Shown: in pieces, positions 27,949-38,351 of the stretch | How the letters are laid out: each line of letters starts with the position of its first letter | Position numbering within the stretch: position 1 is the first letter of the stretch | Assembly (NCBI GenBank): GCA_948433085.1 | Contig: CAOJDP010000005.1 | Coordinates: 1 to 40,029, forward strand | Origin: an uncultured Bacillales bacterium | GTDB taxonomy: Bacteria > Bacillota_I > Bacilli_A > RF39 > UBA660 | DNA length: 40,029 nt | Direction of reading: 5' to 3' | Notes under the pieces: model-generated | Told to the model about the DNA's origin: nothing | What the model saw: only the letters and a program-made list of their open reading frames with translations | Databases searched by the model: none | Made by a program: the position numbers and the translations under genes

Positions 27949-28429
27949 TAGCCTGTTCTAACGCTTGTTCTACCGCTTTTATATAAGTATCAGCTGTAAT
28001 TGTGACCCCACTAATTACATCTAAATCTAATTTTGTTTTCTTTGTATCTGTCCATTTTACCCAATCCAAATTTTGTTCTTCAATTACTTTTTTTTCAATT
28101 TGTGCAACTTGTTCATACCATTCTGCACCACCTGGAATCACACCAATATTTGCAGATGTTTCTTTCATACCATAAGCATCCATTAAGGCTTTTTTCGTTG
28201 TAATATCACCACGATCTGTCTGATAAGTAGAATCGATGAAACAAGCTTCGATATTTCCATATTTTCCTACATAAATAGTAGCAGTCGTTACATAATTTTT
28301 TCCATAAGATTCATAAGGAACAACACCAGTATAAGTTCCTGTTTTATAACTTCCTTCTTTTTCGACTTTCTCACAGCCACACAACAAGAAGATAGAAACT
28401 GTAATCAAAAATAAACTTAATTTTTTCAT
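27941..28429 (-). CDS. FMN-binding lipoprotein (PplA-like, single domain)
   Basis: Lipobox LLCG/C, YKTGTYTG, EWYEQ, DVISGVT flavinylation-type motif; AGGAG RBS before ATG 28429. Confidence 0.8.
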   Translation of the reverse strand: MKKLSLFLITVSIFLLCGCEKVEKEGSYKTGTYTGVVPYESYGKNYVTTATIYVGKYGNIEACFIDSTYQTDRGDITTKKALMDAYGMKETSANIGVIPGGAEWYEQVAQIEKKVIEEQNLDWVKWTDTKKTKLDLDVISGVTITADTYIKAVEQALEQAKK

Positions 28430-28469
28430 ATATAATTCTCCTATTCTATTTCTATTATAACCGATATTT

Positions 28470-28961
28470 TCATATTTTACAATTACGAATAATCTGTTTA
28501 GCAAAATAACCAATGATACCTCCTGTCAACATGGATAATAAAATCATCCAAGGAAGGTAGTAGATAAGGTTTGGTAAATGAAGCAAAACTGTCGCAACCG
28601 CAATTTGGCCAATACTATGGAATATAGCTCCAACAATACTGATTCCAATAATAGATAATTTGCTTTGTTTTACAATCGACATTGCACTTACACTAAAAAG
28701 GGCACCTCCTAAACTAAGAAAGAAGCCTGTACTAAATATACCTGTTCTTAAAATTCCCATTACCAAGACACGGAGAATCGTAATTCCAAAAGCTTCCTTA
28801 TAGCCATAATGCAGCAAAACCACTATAGTGATAACATTCGCAATTCCTAATTTCATTCCAGGAATATGTCCTCCAATCATTGGCAACAAACTTTCTAAAA
28901 TAGATAATAAAATAGAAAGCGCCAAAAACATGGATAATCTTGTTAGTTTTTGATACTCCAT
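28470..28961 (-). CDS. Gx transporter / heptaprenyl-PP synthase component I family (EetB-like)
   Basis: PGMKLGIANV, SLGGAL, SIIGISIVGAIFHSIGQ, YYLP. Confidence 0.88.
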   Translation of the reverse strand: MEYQKLTRLSMFLALSILLSILESLLPMIGGHIPGMKLGIANVITIVVLLHYGYKEAFGITILRVLVMGILRTGIFSTGFFLSLGGALFSVSAMSIVKQSKLSIIGISIVGAIFHSIGQIAVATVLLHLPNLIYYLPWMILLSMLTGGIIGYFAKQIIRNCKI

Positions 28962-28964
28962 AAA

Positions 28965-29327
28965 TTACCTCACAATCGTATCTATATTGTCTTTTTCTTT
29001 AATTTTAATAACAATTTGATTTGGTAAACAAACAATTATTTCTGTACTATTTTGAATAAAACCCTGACGAGAGCAAATATGTAAAGGACTATTTTCTTGC
29101 TTAACCCTTATTTTTCCTTGTTTAGACTCTAAGGTAACAATTCCATTTTTTCCTAAAACTTGGTATTCTTGTGATTCTTCTAATAGTGGGATGGTCTTTA
29201 CTAATTCATTTTTATAATAAACCAAAGCTACTTTTTCTTGTTCATTTTTGTTGAAATGGAATATAAGAATAAAAACAATACAAATAAAACTTATTATAAT
29301 CGCTAATTTTTGATCACTTTTGTTCAT
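28965..29327 (-). CDS. NusG domain II-containing membrane protein (EetA-like)
   Basis: N-terminal TM; SPLHICSRQGFI...IIVCLPNQIVI signature. Confidence 0.88.
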   Translation of the reverse strand: MNKSDQKLAIIISFICIVFILIFHFNKNEQEKVALVYYKNELVKTIPLLEESQEYQVLGKNGIVTLESKQGKIRVKQENSPLHICSRQGFIQNSTEIIVCLPNQIVIKIKEKDNIDTIVR

Positions 29328-30333
29328 AGGCATCAAATCCTTTGGAAGTGACAATAAGATTGTCTGCGGTATACCAAATTGCTTCTACCCCCAACTGATT
29401 GACTAACATTTGTCCTTGATCTAATGGTAATAAAAATAAAGTGGTGGATAGCACATCCCCCAAACGGCTATCCTCTGCAATTACTGTCACACTTTTTAAA
29501 TGACTACTAGGCATTAAGGTATCAGGATCTATAATATGATGGTATTTTTTTCCCTCAAATTCATAATATCGTTCATATCCACCACTCGTCACTATACTAA
29601 TATTTTTTCCATAAACTACTTTAAAAACATCTCCTGTTTTACTATTTGGATCTTCTATCCCAACTGAAAATTTTTCCTTTTCCCTAGGTATACCTATTTT
29701 GACATTTCCACCTGCATTAATTAAATAATTCTTAATACCAATAGATTCTAAGTATTGACCCACCATTTCTGTCGCATATCCTTTTGCAATTGCCCCTAAA
29801 TCAATATTGACATGATTATTTTGTATTTTATAATTGTCCAACAAAATAATATCATCAATAGATGAAGTATTGGAAACTTGTAATTCTTCTAAGGTTGGAA
29901 TTCCACTTTGATTTGTTCTAAATCTTTTCCATACATCTAATACGTTTCCCATACTAATATCAATCTTTCCATTACTTTTTATATACCAATCTTTTCCATA
30001 TTGAATCATGTCATATAATCTGGGATCTAATGGAAGCGTATCATCTGTCTCTTGATTATTATGAATTGTATAAATATTATGAATCCCCTCATATTCCTGA
30101 TAACGATCTGCTAGTATATGATAATCTTGATAAATAGAATCTATTTTTTCTAAAGCTTTCTTAGCTTTGTTTTCATCTTGTTCATCCAATTTAACATAAA
30201 TATAGGTATCCATATAAAAAAAATTTTGTTCAAATATATTAGAATGTTGTTTGGTCAATCCAACTAAAATTCCAATCATCAAAAGCAAGATAGGTATCAA
30301 TAACCATATAAATTTATTTATTTTTTTCTGCAT
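29314..30333 (-). CDS. apbE: FAD:protein FMN transferase (ApbE/FmnB)
   Basis: FYMDT, IDLGAIAKGYA, INAGGN, VTSGGYERY, YHHIIDP, SVTV...DVLSTTLF; TAGACA-N17-TACAAT promoter. Confidence 0.94.
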   Translation of the reverse strand: MQKKINKFIWLLIPILLLMIGILVGLTKQHSNIFEQNFFYMDTYIYVKLDEQDENKAKKALEKIDSIYQDYHILADRYQEYEGIHNIYTIHNNQETDDTLPLDPRLYDMIQYGKDWYIKSNGKIDISMGNVLDVWKRFRTNQSGIPTLEELQVSNTSSIDDIILLDNYKIQNNHVNIDLGAIAKGYATEMVGQYLESIGIKNYLINAGGNVKIGIPREKEKFSVGIEDPNSKTGDVFKVVYGKNISIVTSGGYERYYEFEGKKYHHIIDPDTLMPSSHLKSVTVIAEDSRLGDVLSTTLFLLPLDQGQMLVNQLGVEAIWYTADNLIVTSKGFDAYEQK

Positions 30334-30590
30334 GATTTTCACCTATTCTTTCCAATATCATTGTAACAGATTCAAATTTAATTGTCTAGTTTTGATAAAA
30401 GTAAATCCAAATAAAGATTTCAAAAATTCATTTATAATCTTTTCGCTATAGAAAAGCATCTTGTTATCTGAATAAAAATATTTTTTATAGTCTTATAAAA
30501 TTTTAATTTAAATATTTAAAAGGTGATGTATTACACATCACGATTATTATATACTCCCCTACTTTTTACAAATTAAACCACTGTTACAAT

Positions 30591-31388
30591 TTAATGAGAT
30601 AATAAATCTATTATAAAATTAAAATCGATTCTTGATAGTAATAATACGATGGATGCGATGGCCAAAAAAGGTCCAAAAGGAATACTATGTTCTGGAATTT
30701 CATCATCTTCAATATACTTTTGATTACCATATTTCATTACAAAATAAACTGCAACTGGTAATGCAATAAAGGAAGCGATAAATACACTCAAAATCGACAT
30801 TGCATATCCTAATGTAAGACCAAAAACAAACATTAACTTTATATCTCCACCACCCATGGACTCCTTTTTAAATAGAAAATCACCAATTTTTTTGAAAACA
30901 TACATCGTTAGAAAAGATAGTACCCCGGATAGAAGTGCTTCAAGTGCACCATGCCATCCTTGACCTACACCAATTTCAATTAACAATAAAGCTGAGCTAA
31001 TAAGTAAAATTTCATCTGGAATAATCATCGTTTGATAATCACTAATAATAATAATTAACATTGCAGATATAAATGTAAGGGCTACTAAAAGTTGTACCGA
31101 AAATCCAAAAATGAGAAAACTACATGCAAATAGCAAGCCTGAACAAAGTTCAAATATTGGATAGAACAAAGAAATTTTCTGCCCACAACTCTTACATTTT
31201 CCCCCTAAAAATAGATAAGAAAAAATAGGAACAAGTTCACTTGCCCCTAATTTATGATTACATTTGGTGCAATGTGAAGATGGAAATAAAAGGGATTCTC
31301 CTTTTGGCAAACGATAGCCTACTACATTGTAAAAAGACCCAAGCACTGTTCCAAAAACAAATAGAACAATTGTATAATATATTTCCAT
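30591..31388 (-). CDS. pilD: Type IV prepilin peptidase (A24, PilD/ComC)
   Basis: GSFYNVVGYRLP, SHCTKC, GKCKSC, MGGGDIKL, IPFGPFL. Confidence 0.95.
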   Translation of the reverse strand: MEIYYTIVLFVFGTVLGSFYNVVGYRLPKGESLLFPSSHCTKCNHKLGASELVPIFSYLFLGGKCKSCGQKISLFYPIFELCSGLLFACSFLIFGFSVQLLVALTFISAMLIIIISDYQTMIIPDEILLISSALLLIEIGVGQGWHGALEALLSGVLSFLTMYVFKKIGDFLFKKESMGGGDIKLMFVFGLTLGYAMSILSVFIASFIALPVAVYFVMKYGNQKYIEDDEIPEHSIPFGPFLAIASIVLLLSRIDFNFIIDLLSH

Positions 31389-31404
31389 ACTTCAACCACC
31401 TAAC

Positions 31405-33201
31405 TCACCCGTAATTTTGAATTGTAGAATACATACCAAACATTGGTATAACGATTGCTAAAATAATGATACCAACAATAACAGTTAAGAAAATTGTCAA
31501 AATTGGTTCTATGAATGTCTTAATTCTTGTAACAGATTCTGTATGTAACTGTTGATAATAAGTTGCTACTTTCCCCATCATTTCAGATAGTTCACCAGTT
31601 TTTTCTCCTGTAACTAGCATTTCATAGGCAGGGATTGGAAATGCCCAGTGGTTAGCAAAAGCGGTTGAGATTTTATCTCCCTTTGCTAAATTGGTAATGG
31701 TATCCAAAATAATCATTTTATAGATTTCATTATTTGTAATTTTATTCAAAATTTCCATACTATCTGTAATGAATACATTGTGTGCTAGCAATGATGAGAA
31801 AGTTTTTGTAAACATTGTAACTTCATTATAAATAATAGTATCGCCAAAAATTGGAATATGCATTGTAACCCATTGAACAACAGTTCTAAATCCCCTTATT
31901 TTTTTATACATATACATAAATATCACAACAAATAACACAAGACCTATAATTACATATACAATATTTGCTTTCAAGAAATCACTAACAGCAATTACTGCTC
32001 TTGTAAATGCTGGAATTTGACTTGCATCCATTTCAGAATAAATTTCGACAAATTGTGGAATAACAAACATCATAATAAACGTAATAACTCCAACAGAGAA
32101 AATCATAACCAATGATGGATACATCATTGCTGTAATCATTTGTTTTCTCGTTTTTTCTGTTTCTGTATAATAATCATACATATCATCTAAAACTTCTGGT
32201 AACTCCCCTGTCATCTCAGCTGTTTTTACCATATTAATAAATAATCTAGGGAAAGCAACACCTTGTTTACTTAATGCATTACTAAAACTTTCTCCCATCG
32301 TCAAATCATATACAATCGCTTTGAATATTTTTTGATATTTTTTATTTTTAAATTGTCTAGATAAAATTTTAAGAGCTTCCACCAATGGAATACCTGCTTT
32401 TAAATAAGTGGAAAGTTGTGTAATAAAGAAGATTAAGTCTTTGATTTTGATACGTGTTTTATTGGTTTTTACTTGTCCTCGCAAGAAAATAGTCCATTTG
32501 CTTGCTTTTTTAATTTTATAAACTTCAAATCCCTCACTCAATAAGTAAGAGTGAACTTCTACTTTAGAAAAAGCTTCAAAGAAATCTTTAATAATATGTC
32601 CATCTTGATCTTTAGCCTCATATTGATACAATTCCTTCACAGCACTTTTCACTGCTTCTTCCCCTTCAAAGTTTACTAAAAGGGCTTGTGTTTGCATCAT
32701 ACGTCTATTACGTTTATTTTTTGAGAAATCATTATTTTTAAAACGACTTATTATTGTAGCTGGAATACTAGCTAATTTTTTGAAGAAGTCTTTAAACTGT
32801 TTTCCTATAGACGGTTTTTCAATCTTCATATCTTTGTTGACATACATTTCAGCTTCTTTTTTCTCTCTTTTTATTCTCTGTTTTTCTCGTTTCTTCTCTC
32901 GTGATTTTGCTAATGACTTACGAATTGGTACTAAAATAAAACCAAAAGTTTTATCGAATAACCGATAAAATACGCGACATATTTTCACAAACAATTTTAA
33001 AATTAAATAAATTAAGAATGTTACTCCAAAAATAAAATACTTTAGCGTTCCATAAGTAAGCATCATAATAACAGACACTATAAAATACAATGTATAAAGA
33101 ATACCTAAGAAAAAATAACGAATAATGAAAATAGGTATATTAACAATCATATTAATACTATCATAAAGAAAGGTAAAAATCTTCCTATTCATATTCTGCA
33201 T
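31405..33201 (-). CDS. pilC: Type IV pilus platform protein (PilC/GspF family) with long N-terminal extension
   Basis: QLSTYLKAGIPL, AEMTGEL, MMYP, GEKTGEL, IEPI...AIVIPMF; start could be 33216 or 33201. Confidence 0.9.
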   Translation of the reverse strand: MQNMNRKIFTFLYDSINMIVNIPIFIIRYFFLGILYTLYFIVSVIMMLTYGTLKYFIFGVTFLIYLILKLFVKICRVFYRLFDKTFGFILVPIRKSLAKSREKKREKQRIKREKKEAEMYVNKDMKIEKPSIGKQFKDFFKKLASIPATIISRFKNNDFSKNKRNRRMMQTQALLVNFEGEEAVKSAVKELYQYEAKDQDGHIIKDFFEAFSKVEVHSYLLSEGFEVYKIKKASKWTIFLRGQVKTNKTRIKIKDLIFFITQLSTYLKAGIPLVEALKILSRQFKNKKYQKIFKAIVYDLTMGESFSNALSKQGVAFPRLFINMVKTAEMTGELPEVLDDMYDYYTETEKTRKQMITAMMYPSLVMIFSVGVITFIMMFVIPQFVEIYSEMDASQIPAFTRAVIAVSDFLKANIVYVIIGLVLFVVIFMYMYKKIRGFRTVVQWVTMHIPIFGDTIIYNEVTMFTKTFSSLLAHNVFITDSMEILNKITNNEIYKMIILDTITNLAKGDKISTAFANHWAFPIPAYEMLVTGEKTGELSEMMGKVATYYQQLHTESVTRIKTFIEPILTIFLTVIVGIIILAIVIPMFGMYSTIQNYG

Positions 33202-33315
33202 AAAAACACCATCCAATCTCCCTATTCTTATACTAACAATTATTATACTATATATTTTTGATTTTGTAAAATATTTTTTTCAATAACATATAATAAATTA
33301 GAAAGGAGTACGATT

Positions 33316-33645
33316 ATGAATTACTATAACCCTTATTTTGGCATCTATCCAACTGCGCCTACATCTTCAGGATTATTCTCCAAACTCCTTAGTGGTGGTG
33401 GAATTAAATGGGGATCCCTTCTATCTGGAACGCAAAAAGTACTAGGTGTTGCCAATCAAGCAATACCAGTTATTCGACAAATAACTCCAGTTATGAAAAA
33501 TGCGAAAACAATGTTTCGTGTTATGAATGAATTTAAAAAAGTAGATACTCCAACCGAGGTAAACGAAACGATAACGCAACCAACTAATGATATCAAAACA
33601 ACTTCAAAATCATTAAATGAGGGTGGCCCTACATTTTTTATTTAA
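33316..33645 (+). CDS. VrrA/YqfQ-like sporulation-associated protein
   Basis: WGSLLSGTQKVL..ANQAIPVIRQ..P..KN..TMFRV and C-terminal GPTFFI; CATATAAT upstream. Confidence 0.7.
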   Translation: MNYYNPYFGIYPTAPTSSGLFSKLLSGGGIKWGSLLSGTQKVLGVANQAIPVIRQITPVMKNAKTMFRVMNEFKKVDTPTEVNETITQPTNDIKTTSKSLNEGGPTFFI

Positions 33646-33664
33646 TAAAATTAGTTAACTAAAG

Positions 33665-34318
33665 TTATTTCTTTAGTTCTTTTTGAATCCATTTTATTCT
33701 TTTCGCAATATAATGTCGTTTTTTCCATTTATGAAATGGAATTTTTTGATATATAGATTGATATCGATGAAATAAATAAGAAAAGTATAAGTCATTTTTT
33801 TCTTTCATCAACAATGGACCTAAAAAGCATTGCTTTGCAGTATACCGCACCATTCCTTTTTTCCATCTCATTATTACATAATATTTTCCATGCTCAATTA
33901 CTACTTTTTCTTGATCCAAAGAAAAACCTTTTAGCGAGATCTCTTTTCTGAGTCTATCCCATTCATTATTTGTTTGAATAATTAAATAAGAACAGCTATC
34001 TATTTTTTTATTTTCTAATATAGATAATATTGTTGAAGTTCCCATACCTGCAATTACAACAATAGAATTGGGTAGTAATTGAATTGCTTCTAAACCATTA
34101 CTTTTTACAATCGCAATCTTATCTTCTAAATGATATTTTTTTATGTTACGATATGCGTGCGTTAACACGCTTATCTTAACATCACTTGCAGTACATATAT
34201 TGGTTTTTTTTTGTGTTAGATAAATATCCAATAATGCGTGATCACAACCAATATCTACAACAGGCATATTTTTAGGAATCATTGCAGCAATTGTTTTTAA
34301 TCTTTTAGATAATTGCAT
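33665..34318 (-). CDS. trmK: tRNA (adenine22-N1)-methyltransferase
   Basis: LSKRL, DIGCDHA, SNGL, IAGMG; downstream of sigA as in Bacillus. Confidence 0.92.
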   Translation of the reverse strand: MQLSKRLKTIAAMIPKNMPVVDIGCDHALLDIYLTQKKTNICTASDVKISVLTHAYRNIKKYHLEDKIAIVKSNGLEAIQLLPNSIVVIAGMGTSTILSILENKKIDSCSYLIIQTNNEWDRLRKEISLKGFSLDQEKVVIEHGKYYVIMRWKKGMVRYTAKQCFLGPLLMKEKNDLYFSYLFHRYQSIYQKIPFHKWKKRHYIAKRIKWIQKELKK

Positions 34319-35404
34319 TTATTCCCCCATATAATCTTTAAGTTTTCTAGAACGTGAAGGATGCCTTAATTTACGTAAAGCTTTGGCTTCAATTTGACGA
34401 ATTCGTTCCCTTGTTACACCAAATAACTGTCCTACTTCCTCTAAAGTTTTGGATTTGCCATCATCTAAACCAAAACGAAGACGAATAACCTTTTCTTCTC
34501 TTTCTGTCAATGTTTCTAGCACATCATTGATTTCATCTTTCAACATTTCATTTGTCGCATATTCTTCAGGACTTACATTACGCTCATCTTTAATGAAATC
34601 TCCTAAATGCGAGTCATCTTCTTCTCCAATTGGAGTTTCTAAGCTAACTGGCTCTTGACTAATTTTATAAATATCTCTAATTTTGTCTACTGAGGTATTC
34701 ATCTTAGAGGCTAGTTCTTCTTCAGTTGGTTCACGATTCAATTCTAAGGTCAATTGTCTTTGAATACGTGCCAATTTGTTAATCGTTTCAACCATGTGTA
34801 CAGGTACACGAATGGTTCTCGCTTGATCTGCAATTGCTCTTGTAATGGCTTGACGAATCCACCATGTCGCATAAGTCGAAAATTTATACCCTTTGGTTAC
34901 ATCAAATTTTTCAACAGCCTTCATTAATCCAATATTTCCTTCTTGAATCAAATCAAGAAATAACATACCTCGTCCTACATAACGTTTAGCAATACTAACT
35001 ACCAATCTTAAATTGGCCTCTGCAAGTGTTGCTTTTGCTTCAGGATCACCTTCGATGATACGATCTGCTAAAGCAAGTTCTTCTTCCATAGATAATAATT
35101 TAATTTGTCCAATTTCCTTTAAATACATGCGAACTGGATCATTAATTGTCAAATCTTTTGTGAGTGTATTATCATCTAATATTAACTTACCACCATCTTC
35201 TTCGCCATCATCCGATTCTTCTTCTGATACAACCGCAATACTATTTTCATTAAATAAGTTATATAATTCATCTAAAGCATCTGTGTCTAACTCCAACCCC
35301 TTTAAAGAAGAAGCCAATTCTTCATATGTAATAAAGCCCTTTTCTTTTCCCTTTTTGACTAATTCTTCTTTTCTTTGTTCAAATGTCTTAATTTCGTTTA
35401 TCAT
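34319..35404 (-). CDS. rpoD: RNA polymerase primary sigma factor SigA/RpoD
   Basis: [78 protein letters not shown]. Confidence 0.99.
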   Translation of the reverse strand: MINEIKTFEQRKEELVKKGKEKGFITYEELASSLKGLELDTDALDELYNLFNENSIAVVSEEESDDGEEDGGKLILDDNTLTKDLTINDPVRMYLKEIGQIKLLSMEEELALADRIIEGDPEAKATLAEANLRLVVSIAKRYVGRGMLFLDLIQEGNIGLMKAVEKFDVTKGYKFSTYATWWIRQAITRAIADQARTIRVPVHMVETINKLARIQRQLTLELNREPTEEELASKMNTSVDKIRDIYKISQEPVSLETPIGEEDDSHLGDFIKDERNVSPEEYATNEMLKDEINDVLETLTEREEKVIRLRFGLDDGKSKTLEEVGQLFGVTRERIRQIEAKALRKLRHPSRSRKLKDYMGE

Positions 35405-35412
35405 ATTTTTCC

Positions 35413-37149
35413 CTACCTTGTCATTTCTGCTTTTCTAATTTCTACTATTTTTTGGGCAATTTCAGCTTTTTTAATCGGATTGATTTCCATTTGAATCAAT
35501 TCATTTAAATGCTTCAGTTGAAATTTAACTCCGTATTCGTGTAATACGTTAATATAATCCATGATTTCATCTACTGTATAGTTATCATCCCGTTCAATCG
35601 CAAGTATTTCATTTAAAAGCGTTAACATATTTGGTTTATCTTGAATAGAGGTCATAAAATCTGCAACATGAATGGAATGATTCGATTTATAATATTGTAC
35701 AATTTCTATAGCCAGTTCTCTATAGAGTTTTGTTGGTAAATATGTATTATGATTTTGGTACAATTGAATGACCTCAGGAGATTCCAACATATAATAAATC
35801 AAATATTTTTCTGCCACATCATACTTTGTTTTTTTGGCAACTGGTTTACTCACAACTTGCACAACTTCTTTTGGAGTTTGTTCATGCAATTGTTCTTTTA
35901 AAAATGCTTCATCTAAATGTGTTTCTTCACTTAATTTATGAATGGTCAATTCCTTTAATACGACATCATTTGTTTTTTCTAGTTCTTTTAATACCAATTT
36001 TACATAATCTGCCACATCATTATTATTTGTAAAATCTTTTTTTTGTTTCAAATAATTTAATTTAAAATCCATAATACTAATTGGATTTTCTAATTTTCGT
36101 TCAAACTGTTCTTTTCCATATTTTAATATATATTCGTCTGGATCTAAGTTTTCTTCTAATCTTACAATTTTTGGAACAATACCCATTTGTAAAAGTTCAT
36201 TGGAACAGGCCATCGTCGCTTTCGCACCCGCTTCATCCCCATCAAAACAAAGAATAATTTCTTTCGCCATACGTTTTATACATAAAGCTTGTTGCTTGGT
36301 CACTGCTGTTCCCATTGTCGCAATCACATTAGAAATCCCGATGGTATAAGCACGTATGACGTCCATAAAACCTTCCATAACGACAACAGTCCCTGTTTTT
36401 CTTGCTTCCCTTTTCGCCCGATGGTAATTGTATAATAGTTCCCCTTTTTTAAAAATTTCTGTTTCTTTCGTATTAATATATTTTGCAGTGTCCTCTCCTT
36501 GATAAATTCTACCACTAAATCCAACTACATTTCCCTCTAAATCCCAAAGGGGAAACATAATACGATTATAATAACTATCATGCATTCCTTTTTCATTTTC
36601 ATTCACAAGTCCTGACTTTTTTAATATATTAGGCTCATAGTTTTTTTTCAATAATAACTTTGTTAACATTTCTGTATTTTTAAGAGATAGTCCAATTTCA
36701 AATTCTTTGATAATTTCAGGACCAATTTGACGCTTGTCCAAATAGGTTTTTGCATCTTTTCCTACTGCGGTATTGATATTATTTCGATAAAATTTAAGAG
36801 CTAAATCATATATTTCATAGTATGGACTCGTTTTTTTTTGCTTCAATGGTTTAGAATCAATTTGAATCGGAATACCAGCTTTGTCTGCCAAAAATTTTAC
36901 TGCATCCAAAAAATTCATATTTTCATATCCCATTACAAAGCTAAATACATTTCCACCTGCTCCACAAGAAAAACATCGGTAAATTTGTTTTTGTCTCGAT
37001 ACACTCATACTTGGAGAATGATCATCATGAAACGGACAAACACCAAAGAAATTCGTTCCTTTGGCTACTAATGGTAAATAACTGCCAATAATATCTACAA
37101 TATCAACGGATTCACGGATTTGATTGATTTGTTGACTCGTTAATTCCAT
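35413..37149 (-). CDS. dnaG: DNA primase
   Basis: CPFH...CFSC zinc finger, RIMFP, KYINT.ET, EGFMDV, DGDEAG, DPDE; likely start ATG 37149 after GGGAGAG. Confidence 0.97.
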   Translation of the reverse strand: MELTSQQINQIRESVDIVDIIGSYLPLVAKGTNFFGVCPFHDDHSPSMSVSRQKQIYRCFSCGAGGNVFSFVMGYENMNFLDAVKFLADKAGIPIQIDSKPLKQKKTSPYYEIYDLALKFYRNNINTAVGKDAKTYLDKRQIGPEIIKEFEIGLSLKNTEMLTKLLLKKNYEPNILKKSGLVNENEKGMHDSYYNRIMFPLWDLEGNVVGFSGRIYQGEDTAKYINTKETEIFKKGELLYNYHRAKREARKTGTVVVMEGFMDVIRAYTIGISNVIATMGTAVTKQQALCIKRMAKEIILCFDGDEAGAKATMACSNELLQMGIVPKIVRLEENLDPDEYILKYGKEQFERKLENPISIMDFKLNYLKQKKDFTNNNDVADYVKLVLKELEKTNDVVLKELTIHKLSEETHLDEAFLKEQLHEQTPKEVVQVVSKPVAKKTKYDVAEKYLIYYMLESPEVIQLYQNHNTYLPTKLYRELAIEIVQYYKSNHSIHVADFMTSIQDKPNMLTLLNEILAIERDDNYTVDEIMDYINVLHEYGVKFQLKHLNELIQMEINPIKKAEIAQKIVEIRKAEMTR

Positions 37150-37288
37150 TCTAACACTCTCCCTAATTATAATATACGACAAAACTTTCGAATTTCCTTT
37201 TTTTTTTGAGAAAAAGTTACTTTTTTCAATCAATTTTGAGTTAATTTTAAATCACAATGCCTATTTTAAAATAAAATTTCGTCTAAAT

Positions 37289-37327
37289 AAAAAAGACCAT
37301 TATTTTGAATCCAAAAGTAAACGGCCA
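37289..37327 (-). terminator. Terminator after the VanT-like gene
   Basis: On the - strand GGCCGTTACTTTTG-GATT-CAAAATAATGGTC followed by T6. Confidence 0.55.
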
Positions 37328-37340
37328 ATAACAAAAAAAG

Positions 37341-38351
37341 CTATGACTTCCATCGCTTTTGTTGTTTTATTGTTTCAACTAAAATACTACATCCAAAAGA
37401 AAGCAATACAACGAGGCCAAAATGAATTAAATTTTTATACACAAGATATGCTTCTAAATGAATCACTTTTGCAACACCCCGAATGAGGACAATCATCAAT
37501 GGATGTATGATATAAGCCGTAGTAGCAATATTACGAATTTTTGCGTCTGCCTTTGAATTTGCTTGTAACAAAAGTGGAAATAAACAAATCATAGTTGGAA
37601 TTAATAAAATATACATACTGTCATGTCTCTGCAAAGCATATTGTTGTAATAAAAAACCTTCAAGCTCTAAAAACACAATAAAGTAAATGAACAGCAATAA
37701 GTTGCTTTTCAAAGATACTGTCCATTTTATTTTAGAAAAATAATAACCTAAATATAAGAAAATTGGGACATAAAATATTCCGTTTCTTGTATAATCAAAG
37801 ATTAAAAATATAACATCATAAAATGATTTTAAAAATGAAATATTTAAAGTGATTCCATAATAACTATCTCCAAAAAGACCAATTAGAAAAAGGAAAAATA
37901 AAATTGTTTGTAATAACCACTCTTTGGTATGTTGCATTAAAAAGTATAAAATCCAGATGCCCAACAATAATGCTGGAAAATACCAAAGATGGTAAAATGT
38001 TCCATTGAAAAAAATCCATTTGATATAGTCACTTACATGCATTGTTTCAAATATACCAGCATAAATGTTAATGGGCAAATATATTAATATACAAATTCCA
38101 TACAATCTAGCGATTTTTTTTGTATATTGAATGAGATATGTTTTATCTTGCATTCCCCTATTGACTACATAATAGCCTGTAATCATTAAAAATAAAGGCA
38201 CTGCAATTCTACAGAATACATGTGTAAATAAGAAATCGACATTTTCATTTATGGTTGCAAAGGGGTAAGTATGAATTGCAATTACGAAAATCGTTGCAAT
38301 CACACGAATCCAATCTAAATTCATTTTTCTTAACATAATTCTACTCCTCAA
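37341..38351 (-). CDS. Acyltransferase-3 family membrane protein resembling the VanT membrane domain (no racemase domain)
   Basis: IAIHTYP, RIAVPLFLMITGY, GTFYHLWYFPA, IGLFGDSYYG, FDYTRNGIF, QRHDSMY motifs recalled from the VanT N-terminal domain. Confidence 0.8.
   Translation of the reverse strand: MRSRIMLRKMNLDWIRVIATIFVIAIHTYPFATINENVDFLFTHVFCRIAVPLFLMITGYYVVNRGMQDKTYLIQYTKKIARLYGICILIYLPINIYAGIFETMHVSDYIKWIFFNGTFYHLWYFPALLLGIWILYFLMQHTKEWLLQTILFFLFLIGLFGDSYYGITLNISFLKSFYDVIFLIFDYTRNGIFYVPIFLYLGYYFSKIKWTVSLKSNLLLFIYFIVFLELEGFLLQQYALQRHDSMYILLIPTMICLFPLLLQANSKADAKIRNIATTAYIIHPLMIVLIRGVAKVIHLEAYLVYKNLIHFGLVVLLSFGCSILVETIKQQKRWKS

Noticed and set aside
30523-30541. Palindrome GTGATGT-N5-ACATCAC upstream of apbE as a Rex operator or riboswitch
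   Set aside because: Does not fit Rex TTGTGA-N6-TCACAA and no FMN riboswitch motifs are visible; more simply a pilD terminator (hairpin + CTTTT on the - strand).
142-37071. Many 60-140 aa ORFs overlapping xerD, deoB, cas9, cas1, gpr, rpsT, the response regulator, pilC, rpoD and dnaG
   Set aside because: Antisense or alternate-frame shadows of well-supported genes, with no RBS or motif support.
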